Source: Myxococcota bacterium (lineage in GTDB: Bacteria; Myxococcota_A; Bradymonadia; UBA4248). From it: 64,000 bases of DNA. This document shows positions 1 to 10,029 of this stretch, one piece after another; position 1 is the first letter of the stretch, and each line of letters starts with the position of its first letter. The stretch is from the NCBI GenBank assembly GCA_045599245.1, contig JAZRVP010000220.1, forward strand, positions 590 to 64,589. The letters run 5' to 3'. The position numbers and the translations under genes were made by a program. Under the pieces are notes generated by a model. That model was not told where the DNA came from. It was given only the letters and a program-made list of their open reading frames with translations, and did not search any database.

Positions 1-3000
1 AGACCGCACCGGATTCACCCTGGACGATCTGGTTGTTGGTATAGCACCAGGCAGGATAGGATCCATCAGCTTTTGATTTGCATACATAACGGTTGGCTGC
101 GAAAACTTCGCCCGTGTACGGATTTTCAAACGTAACCGTTTCATAGTCGGAAGAAGGCGTGTTCTCCTGCCCCGACCCCTTGCGATAAATATTGAACTGA
201 TCGTAGAAGGTCGGATCCATGCCGATAGGACCGGTCATGAGCATTCCATAAAGCGTCAGGTAATATTTCTGGGTGAGAGAGGTATCGGCTTCGACGCGAG
301 GAGCCTGGTTCTTGCAAACGCCCGTCACACAGACTTTGCCGGTACCGCAGTATCCGGAAGGATGGCTGTCCGAGCAGGGAACCGTCGTCAGAGCTTCCGC
401 AACCTCATTCCAGTTTGTACCGGAAGAGTTGAGATTGTTAGGAAGACAAGCGAATTCATCACCGGCACGAGAAATTGCCTCAACCGTCGAACCAGCCGGG
501 CAAGCCGCCTTGGCAGCCGATGAGAAGATAGGAACACAACGATCGTCATCATTGTCATTGAACAACTGACCGCAGTACATCCACGCATCATCATTCGGAA
601 CAGCACAGTCAGAGGCAGCCTTGCATTTTCCGAACATCGGAACGGAGGCGCCGAGTTTATCGAATTCAGCGACTTCGCGACCGGTCAGAGGATCGTATTC
701 AACCATCGCATCGTCGAAATCCGTGGCATAGAATCTCGATTTGACCATTGCCGGGTAAACGAGATCACCGGTAACGGTTTCCTCACCCTGATAGGTCGTC
801 GTCACGAGATTGCCATCGCCGTCATCGGAAACGAGACGCGGTGCATGAATCGTGTAATCTTCTGCGAGCATGCCGTTTGCAAGATTGATCATTTCCGTCG
901 AATAGTAATCATACATACCGAACGTGTAGGTGCCCATATCGCCGGAATCTGCGATAACGGTTGCTTCGTTGTCCAACAGTGCCAGAATGGCCCAGAGGGA
1001 CGTCATGTTATGTTCGAGTTCATATTCATACATACTGTAGTCGAAACCGGCGCTGACATCGTATTTCTGATAACGTCTGCGACCGTCGCCCTGACGAACG
1101 TAATAGTATTCAGCATTCTCGCCGCAGCGCGAACGGAGATAGAATTCAGACGTTTCCTGACGGGCTTCATCATCGGCTGAAAGGCCAAAGAGCTGACCAT
1201 TGTCAAAGCGTTTGCAATAGAGACCGTATTCAGGCGTGGCGAGAACACTGGCGAGGAAGTTGAAGGAAGCACCGGCTGCAGCTTCGCCGGTTTCATCGAT
1301 CAGGCTTGTCTCGTCACCGAGAACATCCTCAAGGACACTGCGGTTACCGATGTACCAGCTCTGGAACAGATCGGACAGGAAGAAGAATCTCCACTGATAG
1401 CCGCCGGATGCACCCCAGGAATCCCAGAATGCACGACCGCGAGCAAAGTTGGTGAACCAGTAGTTGACACGATAGGTTCTCACGACATCGGAAACCTGTT
1501 CGAAGTAGTCGGCACCGTGATCAAAGACGTGACAGCTGCGAAGTGCACCACGGTTGTCATCCGTGCAGAACAGATACGGGACGCGAACCCATTCGCCTTT
1601 GTGAGCGAGATAGTTCGGGAGACGTTCGAGCTTACGGTTGTGGATGAAGTCATAGTTGGCATTATCCATAGCCTTGAAGAAATCGCGGAAGTGAACGAGT
1701 TCGAGGTAAGGCTGGCCGACGGACGTCTGATCGTCGAACGTACTGACATCCGTCGTGTCTTTGTGCGTAAGGACATCGTATGGCATGTGCCCCATCTGAT
1801 CACGCGTAGCAGGCAACGTGCGGGAATTGTCGCTGAAGATTTCGACGAGACCGTTGGAGGAAGTCACCCCCGGTGTGCTCACTGAAGTACCGGCACTGTA
1901 GGCATACAGAATGGCTGCATGATCATATTTGCCGAGACCCTGGAGGTCGGTCAGGTTGCCCGAGCTGTAGTCCATGATCGAGGAATACATGTTGTTGAGC
2001 ATACCGCCGTTGAGCTGAGCATCGGTGTAATCATACAATGAATACAACTTGCCGACCGTGTCGATATTGCCCTCTCTCCAGAAATTCGGATCGAGAGAGT
2101 GATTCGTGCGGCCACGGAGTTCCCAGTATTTGTCGAAGTAGTTCATCGAGTCGAAAGACCCGGTGTGATTGTGGCGAAGACCAAAGCCGTGACCCATTTC
2201 ATGGAGTGCCGTCGAACGGAAGATCTGGGCACGAATCTCATTGAAAATGTTGTCATAATCGTCACGATTTCTGTAACGATTCAGCATTTCGGAAACAAAA
2301 AGATCATAGGATGCGGCGGTATCTTTGAAGCAATAGCCCTTTGCGCCCATGGCTTTCTGCATTTCGCGGAGAGTTGAACGATTCTTGAAGCTGAGCTGAT
2401 TGTACAGACTGGCTGCATCGCGAACCTGATCCGACAATGCTGCGACCGATTTGGCACCCGTCATTTTGGCCGCACTGTTGAGAATTGCGGAATCGATATC
2501 GGATGCGAGCAAGCCGGAATCAATGACGGCTTTCAACTTGCTGTCAGCCGAGGTGTAGTCAAATTTGCGAAGATTCTGAACTTTGAAATCGCGTTCGGCA
2601 TTTTTCTGCACGCGGGCTGATTTCGCTTTCGGGCTGTTGAGTGTCGCAACACGAACTTTATCCGACATCTTGGACATGTCGATGAAACGTTCTCGGGAAT
2701 GTCTTGCTCTCGCAATATTGGCGTCGTTGTCGCGAACGCCTTCCGGCGTCAACTCGCCTTTGGCGAATTTGATCTGATCGACGATTGAATTGGCAATTTC
2801 ATTCATCGGTGCCGTATAAACATGCGCCTGGGCAGAAATCGTCTGTCCCGTGAGAGGATCGGTCACGCTCGGGCAATATCCAAGCAAACCGACGTCCTGA
2901 CGCTGATTGACAAGCCACAGGAAGTTGCGGCGGAAATCGCCTTCTCGCGGTGAATACCCAACCGGACCACAGACATCAACATTGTCACCGGCACGAACAG

Positions 3001-4276
3001 GAACATGACACGCAACAAAAACGTCTGACATCGGCTGACCATTCGGATAGGTCGCAGAACTCAAAAGCGGTTTCAACGTTTCATACTGAATCGTCGTCGT
3101 CAAATTGATGCCGCCGATTTCCGTGTTGGTCGGATGCTGCATCAAATAAACCGCACGTTTGAACGCAACGTTCCATTCATCAATAACCTGTGCCGCCATG
3201 TTGCTCAAAAGCGGTTCCTTCACATCGTCAAAAATATAGTAAGGAATCGATCTGATTTCACGACTTTCAACAGGAATCACACTGCCATCGTCGTTGTAGG
3301 CTCTCTTCCAGATGTTATGACGGTTGGCCAGTTCGATACGGCCTGAATTCATGAAGCCAAGTCGCGGATCATACGTATAGCGTTCCGTACGGAAATAACC
3401 GAAACGGTTCATATCCTGGTTCGGATAGTCCAGCGGCTCATAGTTGAGGTTCATGACCGTCTTTTCTTCGGTATTCGCATACGCATTGGGAGCAGAACCG
3501 AGATCTTTTCCGAAGCTCGTCACAACCCGAACTTCAACCGCGCCTCTTCCATCTGCATATTCATAACCAAGCAGACTGTAGAACCAGTCCCAAACCGTCG
3601 TCTGAATGATATAGGTCGCCGGCGCATCAAAATACACCAGCTGTCCGTTGTTATCATATTCAAAATAGGCCGCTTTCTTCGGATCATCCTCGCCCTCGGA
3701 CTGGACATAACCCAACTCATAGCTCATGTCATTCCACAAGAACCATTCAAAATTCACAATCGGGTTCTCATGCCAGCTCACATGGATGAAATCACGATCA
3801 TACCACGGTCTATCCGACATATTTTCTGTAATCACGTTCGACTGTTCGCCCGTCGCAGGATCGTATTCACGCTGAACATCGAAATGTGATTTGATCGGGA
3901 AAATCGCAAGAACGTTTCCCCTATAATCTTCGCCATAGATCTCTTCATAATTGATCTGGCCGTCAACATTCAGATTCTGATCATCCGAACCAGGAAGAAT
4001 TGGATAGCTTCTGTATGCAATCAGATAGTTCTCTTCCGCAACAAACGTCACTTTCTCCGTATCCATCATCATGCCTTCAAAGGCTTCAAGCGATGACGAT
4101 CCAGGAACCTCCACAACTTTCTGATGCATCCACCACGAACCGGTTTCAAGATCCGACTTCTTAACACGATCCGGTGCCGTACGGTCAATATCTCCAATAT
4201 CCTGAGCACATCCCGCTGCAGCCGCAGATGCGAGCAACGCAACAAGGAGCGTTCCACGTTTCAAGTTCTTACTCAT
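1..4276 (-). CDS. Large secreted lipoprotein with a metzincin-type zinc-metalloprotease motif (partial; C-terminus off the left edge)
   Basis: The minus-strand frame starting at ATG 4274-4276 has no stop anywhere in the window. No complete ORF >=60 aa is listed in that frame, and all listed minus ORFs sit in one shadow frame. A strong SD (AAGGAGGA) lies 7 nt upstream. The N-terminus MSKNLKRGTLLVALLASAAAAGCAQD is a lipoprotein signal peptide with a lipobox. The in-frame motif LHEMGHGFGLRHNH (revcomp of 2165-2206) is an HExxHxxGxxH zincin/metzincin signature. Confidence 0.7.
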   Translation of the reverse strand, partial: MSKNLKRGTLLVALLASAAAAGCAQDIGDIDRTAPDRVKKSDLETGSWWMHQKVVEVPGSSSLEAFEGMMMDTEKVTFVAEENYLIAYRSYPILPGSDDQNLNVDGQINYEEIYGEDYRGNVLAIFPIKSHFDVQREYDPATGEQSNVITENMSDRPWYDRDFIHVSWHENPIVNFEWFLWNDMSYELGYVQSEGEDDPKKAAYFEYDNNGQLVYFDAPATYIIQTTVWDWFYSLLGYEYADGRGAVEVRVVTSFGKDLGSAPNAYANTEEKTVMNLNYEPLDYPNQDMNRFGYFRTERYTYDPRLGFMNSGRIELANRHNIWKRAYNDDGSVIPVESREIRSIPYYIFDDVKEPLLSNMAAQVIDEWNVAFKRAVYLMQHPTNTEIGGINLTTTIQYETLKPLLSSATYPNGQPMSDVFVACHVPVRAGDNVDVCGPVGYSPREGDFRRNFLWLVNQRQDVGLLGYCPSVTDPLTGQTISAQAHVYTAPMNEIANSIVDQIKFAKGELTPEGVRDNDANIARARHSRERFIDMSKMSDKVRVATLNSPKAKSARVQKNAERDFKVQNLRKFDYTSADSKLKAVIDSGLLASDIDSAILNSAAKMTGAKSVAALSDQVRDAASLYNQLSFKNRSTLREMQKAMGAKGYCFKDTAASYDLFVSEMLNRYRNRDDYDNIFNEIRAQIFRSTALHEMGHGFGLRHNHTGSFDSMNYFDKYWELRGRTNHSLDPNFWREGNIDTVGKLYSLYDYTDAQLNGGMLNNMYSSIMDYSSGNLTDLQGLGKYDHAAILYAYSAGTSVSTPGVTSSNGLVEIFSDNSRTLPATRDQMGHMPYDVLTHKDTTDVSTFDDQTSVGQPYLELVHFRDFFKAMDNANYDFIHNRKLERLPNYLAHKGEWVRVPYLFCTDDNRGALRSCHVFDHGADYFEQVSDVVRTYRVNYWFTNFARGRAFWDSWGASGGYQWRFFFLSDLFQSWYIGNRSVLEDVLGDETSLIDETGEAAAGASFNFLASVLATPEYGLYCKRFDNGQLFGLSADDEARQETSEFYLRSRCGENAEYYYVRQGDGRRRYQKYDVSAGFDYSMYEYELEHNMTSLWAILALLDNEATVIADSGDMGTYTFGMYDYYSTEMINLANGMLAEDYTIHAPRLVSDDGDGNLVTTTYQGEETVTGDLVYPAMVKSRFYATDFDDAMVEYDPLTGREVAEFDKLGASVPMFGKCKAASDCAVPNDDAWMYCGQLFNDNDDDRCVPIFSSAAKAACPAGSTVEAISRAGDEFACLPNNLNSSGTNWNEVAEALTTVPCSDSHPSGYCGTGKVCVTGVCKNQAPRVEADTSLTQKYYLTLYGMLMTGPIGMDPTFYDQFNIYRKGSGQENTPSSDYETVTFENPYTGEVFAANRYVCKSKADGSYPAWCYTNNQIVQGESGAV

Positions 4277-4691
4277 AATTTCCTCCTTAGGTTATTTCGC
4301 AACAGTGCCTGTGCGTTCAACAAGGTAAGTTCTGTTTCGTAAGTTCTGTTTCAAGAATGTCCACCAAATGGCGGACTGTATCCCATTCACACCTACCTAC
4401 AGAATTGCATTCCGCTTGTCGAGCTATTTTTTACAAAAAACCCGAATTTTATTTTTTGCCCGTTTTTTAACGCTTCTAAAATCTACTGGATTTATGCCGT
4501 TTTCCGAGCTCGTTCAAACTTCATCAAATTGTCTCTTTTGAATAAAATTTTTCAAATTCCACATTTAATGAATTTCTTGCAGTTTTCACTTTTGTTTCAT
4601 GTAGAAAAGTTGCACCGTTTACTACGACGTCCGTGTTTTCACGTCAAGTTCTTTCCCACCTCCGCCCACATTCCCCGTTACAACTTGCCCT

Positions 4692-4920
4692 GTTACTGCT
4701 CAGCCAGGGTTAATTCATATATCTATATGAATATGGCGTATTTCGCAATTTTCAGGCAGAAATTGATGAGAGCCGGGGGGGCCGAGAAGACAGGCGTCCG
4801 GTGGACGGCTGGCATCGCAGAGCCCAGTGAGCAAATGAAATGAACGAGTTGGAGAGCCGACAGGCTCGGGAAACGAAGTGCATTTCATATTGCGAACTGA
4901 GGACAGGGGCAAAGCCCCAG
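4692..4920 (-). repeat. Copy A of the mosaic intergenic repeat family (module 2, minus orientation); reverse complement of 25600-25843
   Basis: The reverse complement aligns almost base-for-base with 25600-25843 (..cctcagttcgcaatatgaaatgcac..aattgcgaaata..tatgaattaaccctggctgagcagtaac). The spurious ORFs 4715-4930(-) and 25593-25781(+) encode near-identical peptides because of this repeat. Confidence 0.8.
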
Positions 4921-4945
4921 AAAAAAACAATTAATCAGACCATCC

Positions 4946-5776
4946 CTAAGTGAGATTCATGAGAGGATGCTTTTTGGCGCTCATGGCATCGACGAGTTTT
5001 TTGTCATATCGAACGGCGATGAGTTCAGTGACGATGGAAATGGCGATTTCGTTGGCTGACTGGCCGCCGTGATCGATGCCAATCGGGGCATGAACGAACT
5101 CGAGAGCTTCGCGTGAGATGCCGTCTTCCATGAGTTTTTCAAAGGATTTGGCGAGTTTTTTCGATGAGCCGATGAGCCCGATGTATTTGGGATGAAGTTC
5201 GGGATGTTTGAGAAGACCGAGCAAACAGGTTCCATCGCCGATATGCTGATGGGTGACGATGACGAAGTAGGCATTTTGAGGAAAATCCAGTCTAAAGGCG
5301 TCCTCGTAGTCGCAGCAGTAGATGCGGTTGGCATCCGGATGCAGTTCACAAGACGCAAATTCGGGGCGATCATCGACGAGAGTGACATCGAAACCGACGT
5401 CATTGGCGTATCGAGTGAGGGCTGAACCGATGTGTCCTGCGCCAAAAATGACGAGTTGTTTTCGCGGCATGACGGTTTCGATAAAGACCTGGGCTTCGCC
5501 GCCGCAGGCCATGCCGATACCGCCCAGTTCCTGTTCTGTGAGGTGATAGGTGATGATCTTGGTGCGTTCACCGGTTCGAAGCATGTCGAGAGCCGTATTT
5601 CGTGCGCCGTATTCGAGGGCTCCGCCGCCGATGCTTCCAAAGACTTCGCCTTCTTCTGTCACGCACATCTTGAATGCCGTTCGTCCCGGGGAATTGTCGC
5701 TGGCATGAACAACGGTTGCAATCGCAAAAGGTTTTGTTTCGGCTTCGAGTTCGGCTAGTTTTTTATAGAAATTCAT
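4946..5776 (-). CDS. XdhC/CoxI-family protein (molybdenum cofactor insertion/accessory protein family)
   Basis: 276-aa ORF with N-terminal XdhC_CoxI-like region and Rossmann-like motif (VIFGAGHIGSAL..DVTLVDDRPEF) typical of the XdhC family. Confidence 0.8.
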   Translation of the reverse strand: MNFYKKLAELEAETKPFAIATVVHASDNSPGRTAFKMCVTEEGEVFGSIGGGALEYGARNTALDMLRTGERTKIITYHLTEQELGGIGMACGGEAQVFIETVMPRKQLVIFGAGHIGSALTRYANDVGFDVTLVDDRPEFASCELHPDANRIYCCDYEDAFRLDFPQNAYFVIVTHQHIGDGTCLLGLLKHPELHPKYIGLIGSSKKLAKSFEKLMEDGISREALEFVHAPIGIDHGGQSANEIAISIVTELIAVRYDKKLVDAMSAKKHPLMNLT

Positions 5777-5905
5777 GGCGTTCTCCGGACGTGATGGGGG
5801 GGGCGTAACACATCAAAAAAGCGGCTCGTATTGCCGCCGGCAATAGAGACGCGGCGCGATCGTATCGGGTTTCTGCCCGATAGTACGCGCCAGCATAACA
5901 AAATA

Positions 5906-7837
5906 TCAGGCTTGTTTCATGGCCTGATCGATCTGTTCAAGACGTGCAACGAAGTCGTTTTCGCGAAGGCCGGTCATCGAAAGGATATGTTCAAAACAAC
6001 GCGAAATGGGGATGAGTTCGGCCAAATCGATGGCGTAGGCGTCCTCGTCTTTTTCGATTCGCCACGGCATGCCTTGCGGTGAGGATTGCCAGATTTCAGC
6101 GACCTGGCTGCCCACGACGAGGACGATGGGAATGCGTGAGAGGGCACAAAGTGCGGCCAGATGCGGGCGCATGCATTCGAGGGCTTCAAAAGCAAGTTCC
6201 GACCAGTAGCTGATGAGTACGGGCAGGGAGTCTGCCGGGGCCTGATTGATCGATTCGACGAACTGGTGCGAGAGATATTCGGTGATAAAGATACTTTCGC
6301 CGCAGACGGGAAGGAGAAGGAGCGTTTCGCCGTTCAGACGGAGTTTTTCGAAGACGCGTTTATGGCCGAGTTCGGTTGACTGCTGTTTTGTCGTGACGCA
6401 CAAATTCATGCCGCGAACGGACAGTTCGATATCGGTATGATCGGCGGATTCTCCGAAAGTGATTTGTTTTTCAAAGAGGAGAAGGGTTCGGGGAGTGGGG
6501 GCCTGCCAGACGTTTTGATCGGGCCATGTCGTTCGTTCGTTGAGAAGGAGCTGTGCGTTTTGTGCGAGTGATTTTCGGTGGGCGTGGGCATCGACGAGGG
6601 CAATGTCGTCCTGTGTGATGTCGACGATCCAGGCGTCAGAAATGAGTCCGGCGGCTTCGGCGGCCGGAAGTGGGGCGGCACTGCCCGACATGATGATGAC
6701 ATGGGCCCCCAGATGTGCCGCGAGGCGCATCTGGTTGAGATCTCGCGATGAAGCCGGCGGCAGGATGGCCACTTTGGTTCCGTTGGCGGTCGCAAATATC
6801 GCCATGTCATTGGCAATTATCGTGAGGGTCACGCGGCCGGTTTCATCCGATTGTGCCGCCATAAGGCTGCCGTCGGACGAGAACGCACAAAATAGAATGT
6901 CTGGCTGTGCCGTGAAGACGTCAGATGTGCGCACCTCATAGGCGGAGGTCGAGAGCGTCAGCATGCCTGAAGTCGAGGTTTGAAGCGCATTTTTGAGTTT
7001 TTTGTCCCGGGCTGTCGATGGAAGACGAACGGCCGTCAGCCCGGAAAATGGCGTCTTGGGACAATGCCGGATGATTTCCGGAACCGGTATCGTATGGGGA
7101 ATGGTACACGGTTCCGGAAGGACTTGCGGCAACGCCGTGTGAGGCTCTTTGACGTGAAGAAGTGTTTGGATAAGGGGCCGTGATTCGATCGGCGGAAGCC
7201 TCGTTAGAAGTTCGGACAGAGCCTGAACAAGCGTCTCGGACGGCAGTTCGCGAAGGCATTCCATCAGTGAAAGCCGTCTGATTTCGTCCGCAGAATCGAA
7301 ATGACATACGATTTGACTGCCGATAACCAGCGTCGGAACATCGAAAATTCCGTCGTCAATGGCTTCTTTGAGACTCGCGTCCTGAATCTGAAAGTCGTCC
7401 CGTTGTGAGCTGGTTTTCATGAGATCGTCGCGGGAGATGTCGAGCATTGCGAAGATGGATTTGAGCGTTTCCGTGTCGATTGGAAGCCCCTTTCCCCACA
7501 TGAGATCGAGGACTTTTCGCGAGTATTCGCAAAACATCGGGTGTTTGGTTTTCATGAGGCGAATGCCGGCGCGAAGCGCCGCACCGCTGTGATATCTTTC
7601 CGATTGCCAGACAAATTCCAGATGCTCGCGCTGGCAGAAACGAATGGCTTCTTTTTGGAGATAACTTTGACGAGAACGACAGGTCGTGTCGAGCTGACAG
7701 CCACTCATGGCGCGAAGCGAATAGGCGTCAATCGCGATCCATTCGACGGTTACGGGGAGATCCTCGATCGATCGAAGCGAATGCATCATAAGATAAGAGC
7801 GGTAATCAGAATAGTCGAAGTAAAATCTGAATTTCAT
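5906..7837 (-). CDS. DsbA-like/2-hydroxychromene-2-carboxylate-isomerase-like thioredoxin-fold domain protein with a C-terminal carbon-nitrogen-hydrolase-like region
   Basis: Start ATG at 7835-7837 with SD AGGA 8 nt upstream. The track's longer ORF would run to within 8 nt of the tRNA. The N-terminus MKFRFYFDYSDYRSYL..VPTLVIGSQIV is HCCA-isomerase/DsbA-like. The C-terminal half carries nitrilase-like motifs AHRKSL and LLLPVCGESIF, with unusual spacing. The domain call for the C-terminal half is tentative. Confidence 0.6.
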   Translation of the reverse strand: MKFRFYFDYSDYRSYLMMHSLRSIEDLPVTVEWIAIDAYSLRAMSGCQLDTTCRSRQSYLQKEAIRFCQREHLEFVWQSERYHSGAALRAGIRLMKTKHPMFCEYSRKVLDLMWGKGLPIDTETLKSIFAMLDISRDDLMKTSSQRDDFQIQDASLKEAIDDGIFDVPTLVIGSQIVCHFDSADEIRRLSLMECLRELPSETLVQALSELLTRLPPIESRPLIQTLLHVKEPHTALPQVLPEPCTIPHTIPVPEIIRHCPKTPFSGLTAVRLPSTARDKKLKNALQTSTSGMLTLSTSAYEVRTSDVFTAQPDILFCAFSSDGSLMAAQSDETGRVTLTIIANDMAIFATANGTKVAILPPASSRDLNQMRLAAHLGAHVIIMSGSAAPLPAAEAAGLISDAWIVDITQDDIALVDAHAHRKSLAQNAQLLLNERTTWPDQNVWQAPTPRTLLLFEKQITFGESADHTDIELSVRGMNLCVTTKQQSTELGHKRVFEKLRLNGETLLLLPVCGESIFITEYLSHQFVESINQAPADSLPVLISYWSELAFEALECMRPHLAALCALSRIPIVLVVGSQVAEIWQSSPQGMPWRIEKDEDAYAIDLAELIPISRCFEHILSMTGLRENDFVARLEQIDQAMKQA

Positions 7838-8042
7838 AAATAATCCTGTTTCGGAGTCGGAACAAAAAGACTCGCTGTTTTGCATTATCCAATATCTTGG
7901 TTGTGACTCAAACATGATTTTTTCGTCATGACGGACGAGCGAAATGAGTGGATGCAAAAAAAATGAAAAAATAACTTGCACAAAAATCGAACTGCATATA
8001 TAAGCCGCCGCCGTTGCGATGGAATGTCGCGGCAAACTCCAT

Positions 8043-8115
8043 GGGGCTTTAGCTCAGCTGGGAGAGCGCATGACTGGCAGTCATGAGGTCACCGGTTCGA
8101 TCCCGATAAGCTCCA
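8043..8115 (+). tRNA. tRNA-Ala (anticodon GGC)
   Basis: 73-nt cloverleaf with acceptor GGGGCTT/AAGCTCC carrying the G3:U70 alanine identity pair. Also D-arm GCTCAGCTGGGAGAGC, anticodon stem CATGA/TCATG with loop CTGGCAG (anticodon GGC), T-loop GGTTCGATCC and discriminator A. CCA is not encoded. Confidence 0.85.
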
Positions 8116-8120
8116 TGTTT

Positions 8121-8193
8121 GGGGCTTTAGCTCAGCTGGGAGAGCGCATGACTGGCAGTCATGAGGTCACCGGTTCGATCCCGATAAGCTCCA
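8121..8193 (+). tRNA. tRNA-Ala (anticodon GGC), identical tandem copy
   Basis: Exact duplicate of 8043-8115, separated by a 5-nt spacer. Confidence 0.85.
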
Positions 8194-8198
8194 CTACA

Positions 8199-8230
8199 AA
8201 GCATCCGCAATTGCGGGTGCTTTTTTTTTG
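8199..8230 (+). terminator. Rho-independent terminator after the tRNA-Ala pair
   Basis: Hairpin GCATCCGC-AATT-GCGGGTGC followed by T9. Confidence 0.7.
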
Positions 8231-8409
8231 CCCAAAAACAGCTTTGACCCACGCTCTTGCCTTTGATGCTGCACTTTGGACGCCAAATATTGCTCGTTTT
8301 TTGATACAAAACTTCATTCAAATTCACGGATTCGTGATAAAAAGCCGCTTTGTTCAGGGACCATCATTTGATGGTTGAATTTAGGCTGTTTATCGAGTGG
8401 ATACAGGTT

Positions 8410-10029
8410 ATGGCTTCTGAAATAATGAGTGAATCAAACCAGCAGGAACGCATTCGTCAGGCGGTTCTCCGCCGGGGCGGTACGGTCACGGTTGGCGATG
8501 TAATGAGTGAAACCGGGCTCGGCATGGAGGAGGCCAAAGCCGGCCTCCGTACACTGATGTACACGCATGAAGGCATCATGCGCGTGAGCGCTCGCGGTGA
8601 AATCGAATACGCTTTCGCTCCGGGATGTATTCTTCGCGATGAACGTTCATGGTGGGAACGCAACCGTCAGACAGTCATTAAAATCATCAAGACGATATTC
8701 AAAGTCATTATCATGCTCGTCTTGATCATTTATTTTATCATTTATCTGCTCCTCCTTCTCGCCCTTATAAGCGGCAATCGAAACGGTCGATCGAACATCA
8801 ATATCGGCGGCGTTTTTTATTGGTTTTGGGGCTGGGGCGACAGCGATATTTCCGGAACGAAGAAAACGCCTCTCTATACCCGTGTTTATAACTTCGTGTT
8901 CGGTCCCGAAGAGGAAATCATCGATCCTCTGGCTGCAAAAACCAAATGTGCACAGCTCATTCGCGCCAAAAAAGGCGTGATCACGGTCGAAGACTGGATC
9001 ATGGTCTCGGGACAGTCGCGCGAAAAATGTGAGAGCGATCTGGCGCGTTTTACCGCCGAATTCGAGGGTAATGCCGAGATTTCCGACAACGGAACACTTC
9101 TTTATGTCTTCGAAGAGATGATGACTTCATCCAAGGATAAGTCAAAACCCGAACTCCCCGAATGCGCCTGGACTGATTTGGAATTTCCGCGTTCTCTGTC
9201 GGGTAACATCGGCGGCGGTGACGGTGCGGTTATCGGACTCAATGCCTTTAACCTCATCATGTCGTTCATTTGTATGTATGCGCTCTCCGATATGCTTGCG
9301 TCCCAGGGGGATGTTCCGATGTCGCCGGGGGAAGTCGCACAGCTTGAGAGCCTTTCATTTGGTCTCGGTATATTCCCGTTTATTTTCAGTGCCCTGATTT
9401 TCCTCGTTCCGCTTTTCCGCCTTCCCGGCAATATCAAGGAAAATCGTGCGCGCCGTAAACGGACGGTTCGAAAAGCTGTGCTTCAGTCGGTGTTTGCTCG
9501 CGGTCAGAAAGGCAATACGGCGGTTTCGACGATCGATGCCTGCAATGCGGCGTCTCGCATGATTTCGAGAGCGGCCGCTTCGGCTGCAATTTCGGCCGAT
9601 GAACCCAGTCTGGATGAAGTCACCGAGGCTCTCGACGACCTGAGCAATGAACTCGATGGCGTTTTGGAACAGGGGCCAAACGGTGCCGTTTACAAATTCC
9701 CGAACATGGATTCTCGCCTTGTGGAAGCGTCTAATGAGCGTCTCAATCGTCGTCTCGATGAGCAGAAATTTGGCGAAGCCGTTTATTCATCCAGCAATGA
9801 AGAGCAGGATAAGATCGACGAACGACAGAATCAGCAGGATCTCGATGAATTCGATCGCCTCTTGTGCGGCGGAGATTCGTCCGGTTCGTCGGTGCGCAAA
9901 GACTCGATTAAGGCAAACGGCGTCATGAGCAGTATGGACGGCTTTAGTCAGGCCGATTATGATGCGGCTTATTCTCCTGTAAAACAGGTCGAATCCTCCT
10001 GGAAAGGCAAGCGAACGTATCACGACTGA
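8410..10029 (+). CDS. Hypothetical integral membrane protein
   Basis: Long ORF with a hydrophobic segment (IIKTIFKVIIMLVLIIYFIIYLLLLLALI) and later TM helices. The start is uncertain (ATG 8410; the track ORF begins at 8350). A hairpin/T-run lies at 10045-10080. Confidence 0.55.
   Translation: MASEIMSESNQQERIRQAVLRRGGTVTVGDVMSETGLGMEEAKAGLRTLMYTHEGIMRVSARGEIEYAFAPGCILRDERSWWERNRQTVIKIIKTIFKVIIMLVLIIYFIIYLLLLLALISGNRNGRSNINIGGVFYWFWGWGDSDISGTKKTPLYTRVYNFVFGPEEEIIDPLAAKTKCAQLIRAKKGVITVEDWIMVSGQSREKCESDLARFTAEFEGNAEISDNGTLLYVFEEMMTSSKDKSKPELPECAWTDLEFPRSLSGNIGGGDGAVIGLNAFNLIMSFICMYALSDMLASQGDVPMSPGEVAQLESLSFGLGIFPFIFSALIFLVPLFRLPGNIKENRARRKRTVRKAVLQSVFARGQKGNTAVSTIDACNAASRMISRAAASAAISADEPSLDEVTEALDDLSNELDGVLEQGPNGAVYKFPNMDSRLVEASNERLNRRLDEQKFGEAVYSSSNEEQDKIDERQNQQDLDEFDRLLCGGDSSGSSVRKDSIKANGVMSSMDGFSQADYDAAYSPVKQVESSWKGKRTYHD

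Noticed and set aside
5906-8035. Longer 709-aa version of the DsbA-like gene, extending to 8035
   Set aside because: The extension would end 8 nt from the tRNA-Ala gene and lacks an RBS. The internal ATG 7837 has a good SD and begins the DsbA-like domain.
8019-8378. 119-aa ORF spanning the two tRNA-Ala genes
   Set aside because: It is a read-through of the duplicated tRNA sequence; the internal peptide repeat GALAQLGERMTGSHEVTGSIPISS is just the tRNA translated twice.
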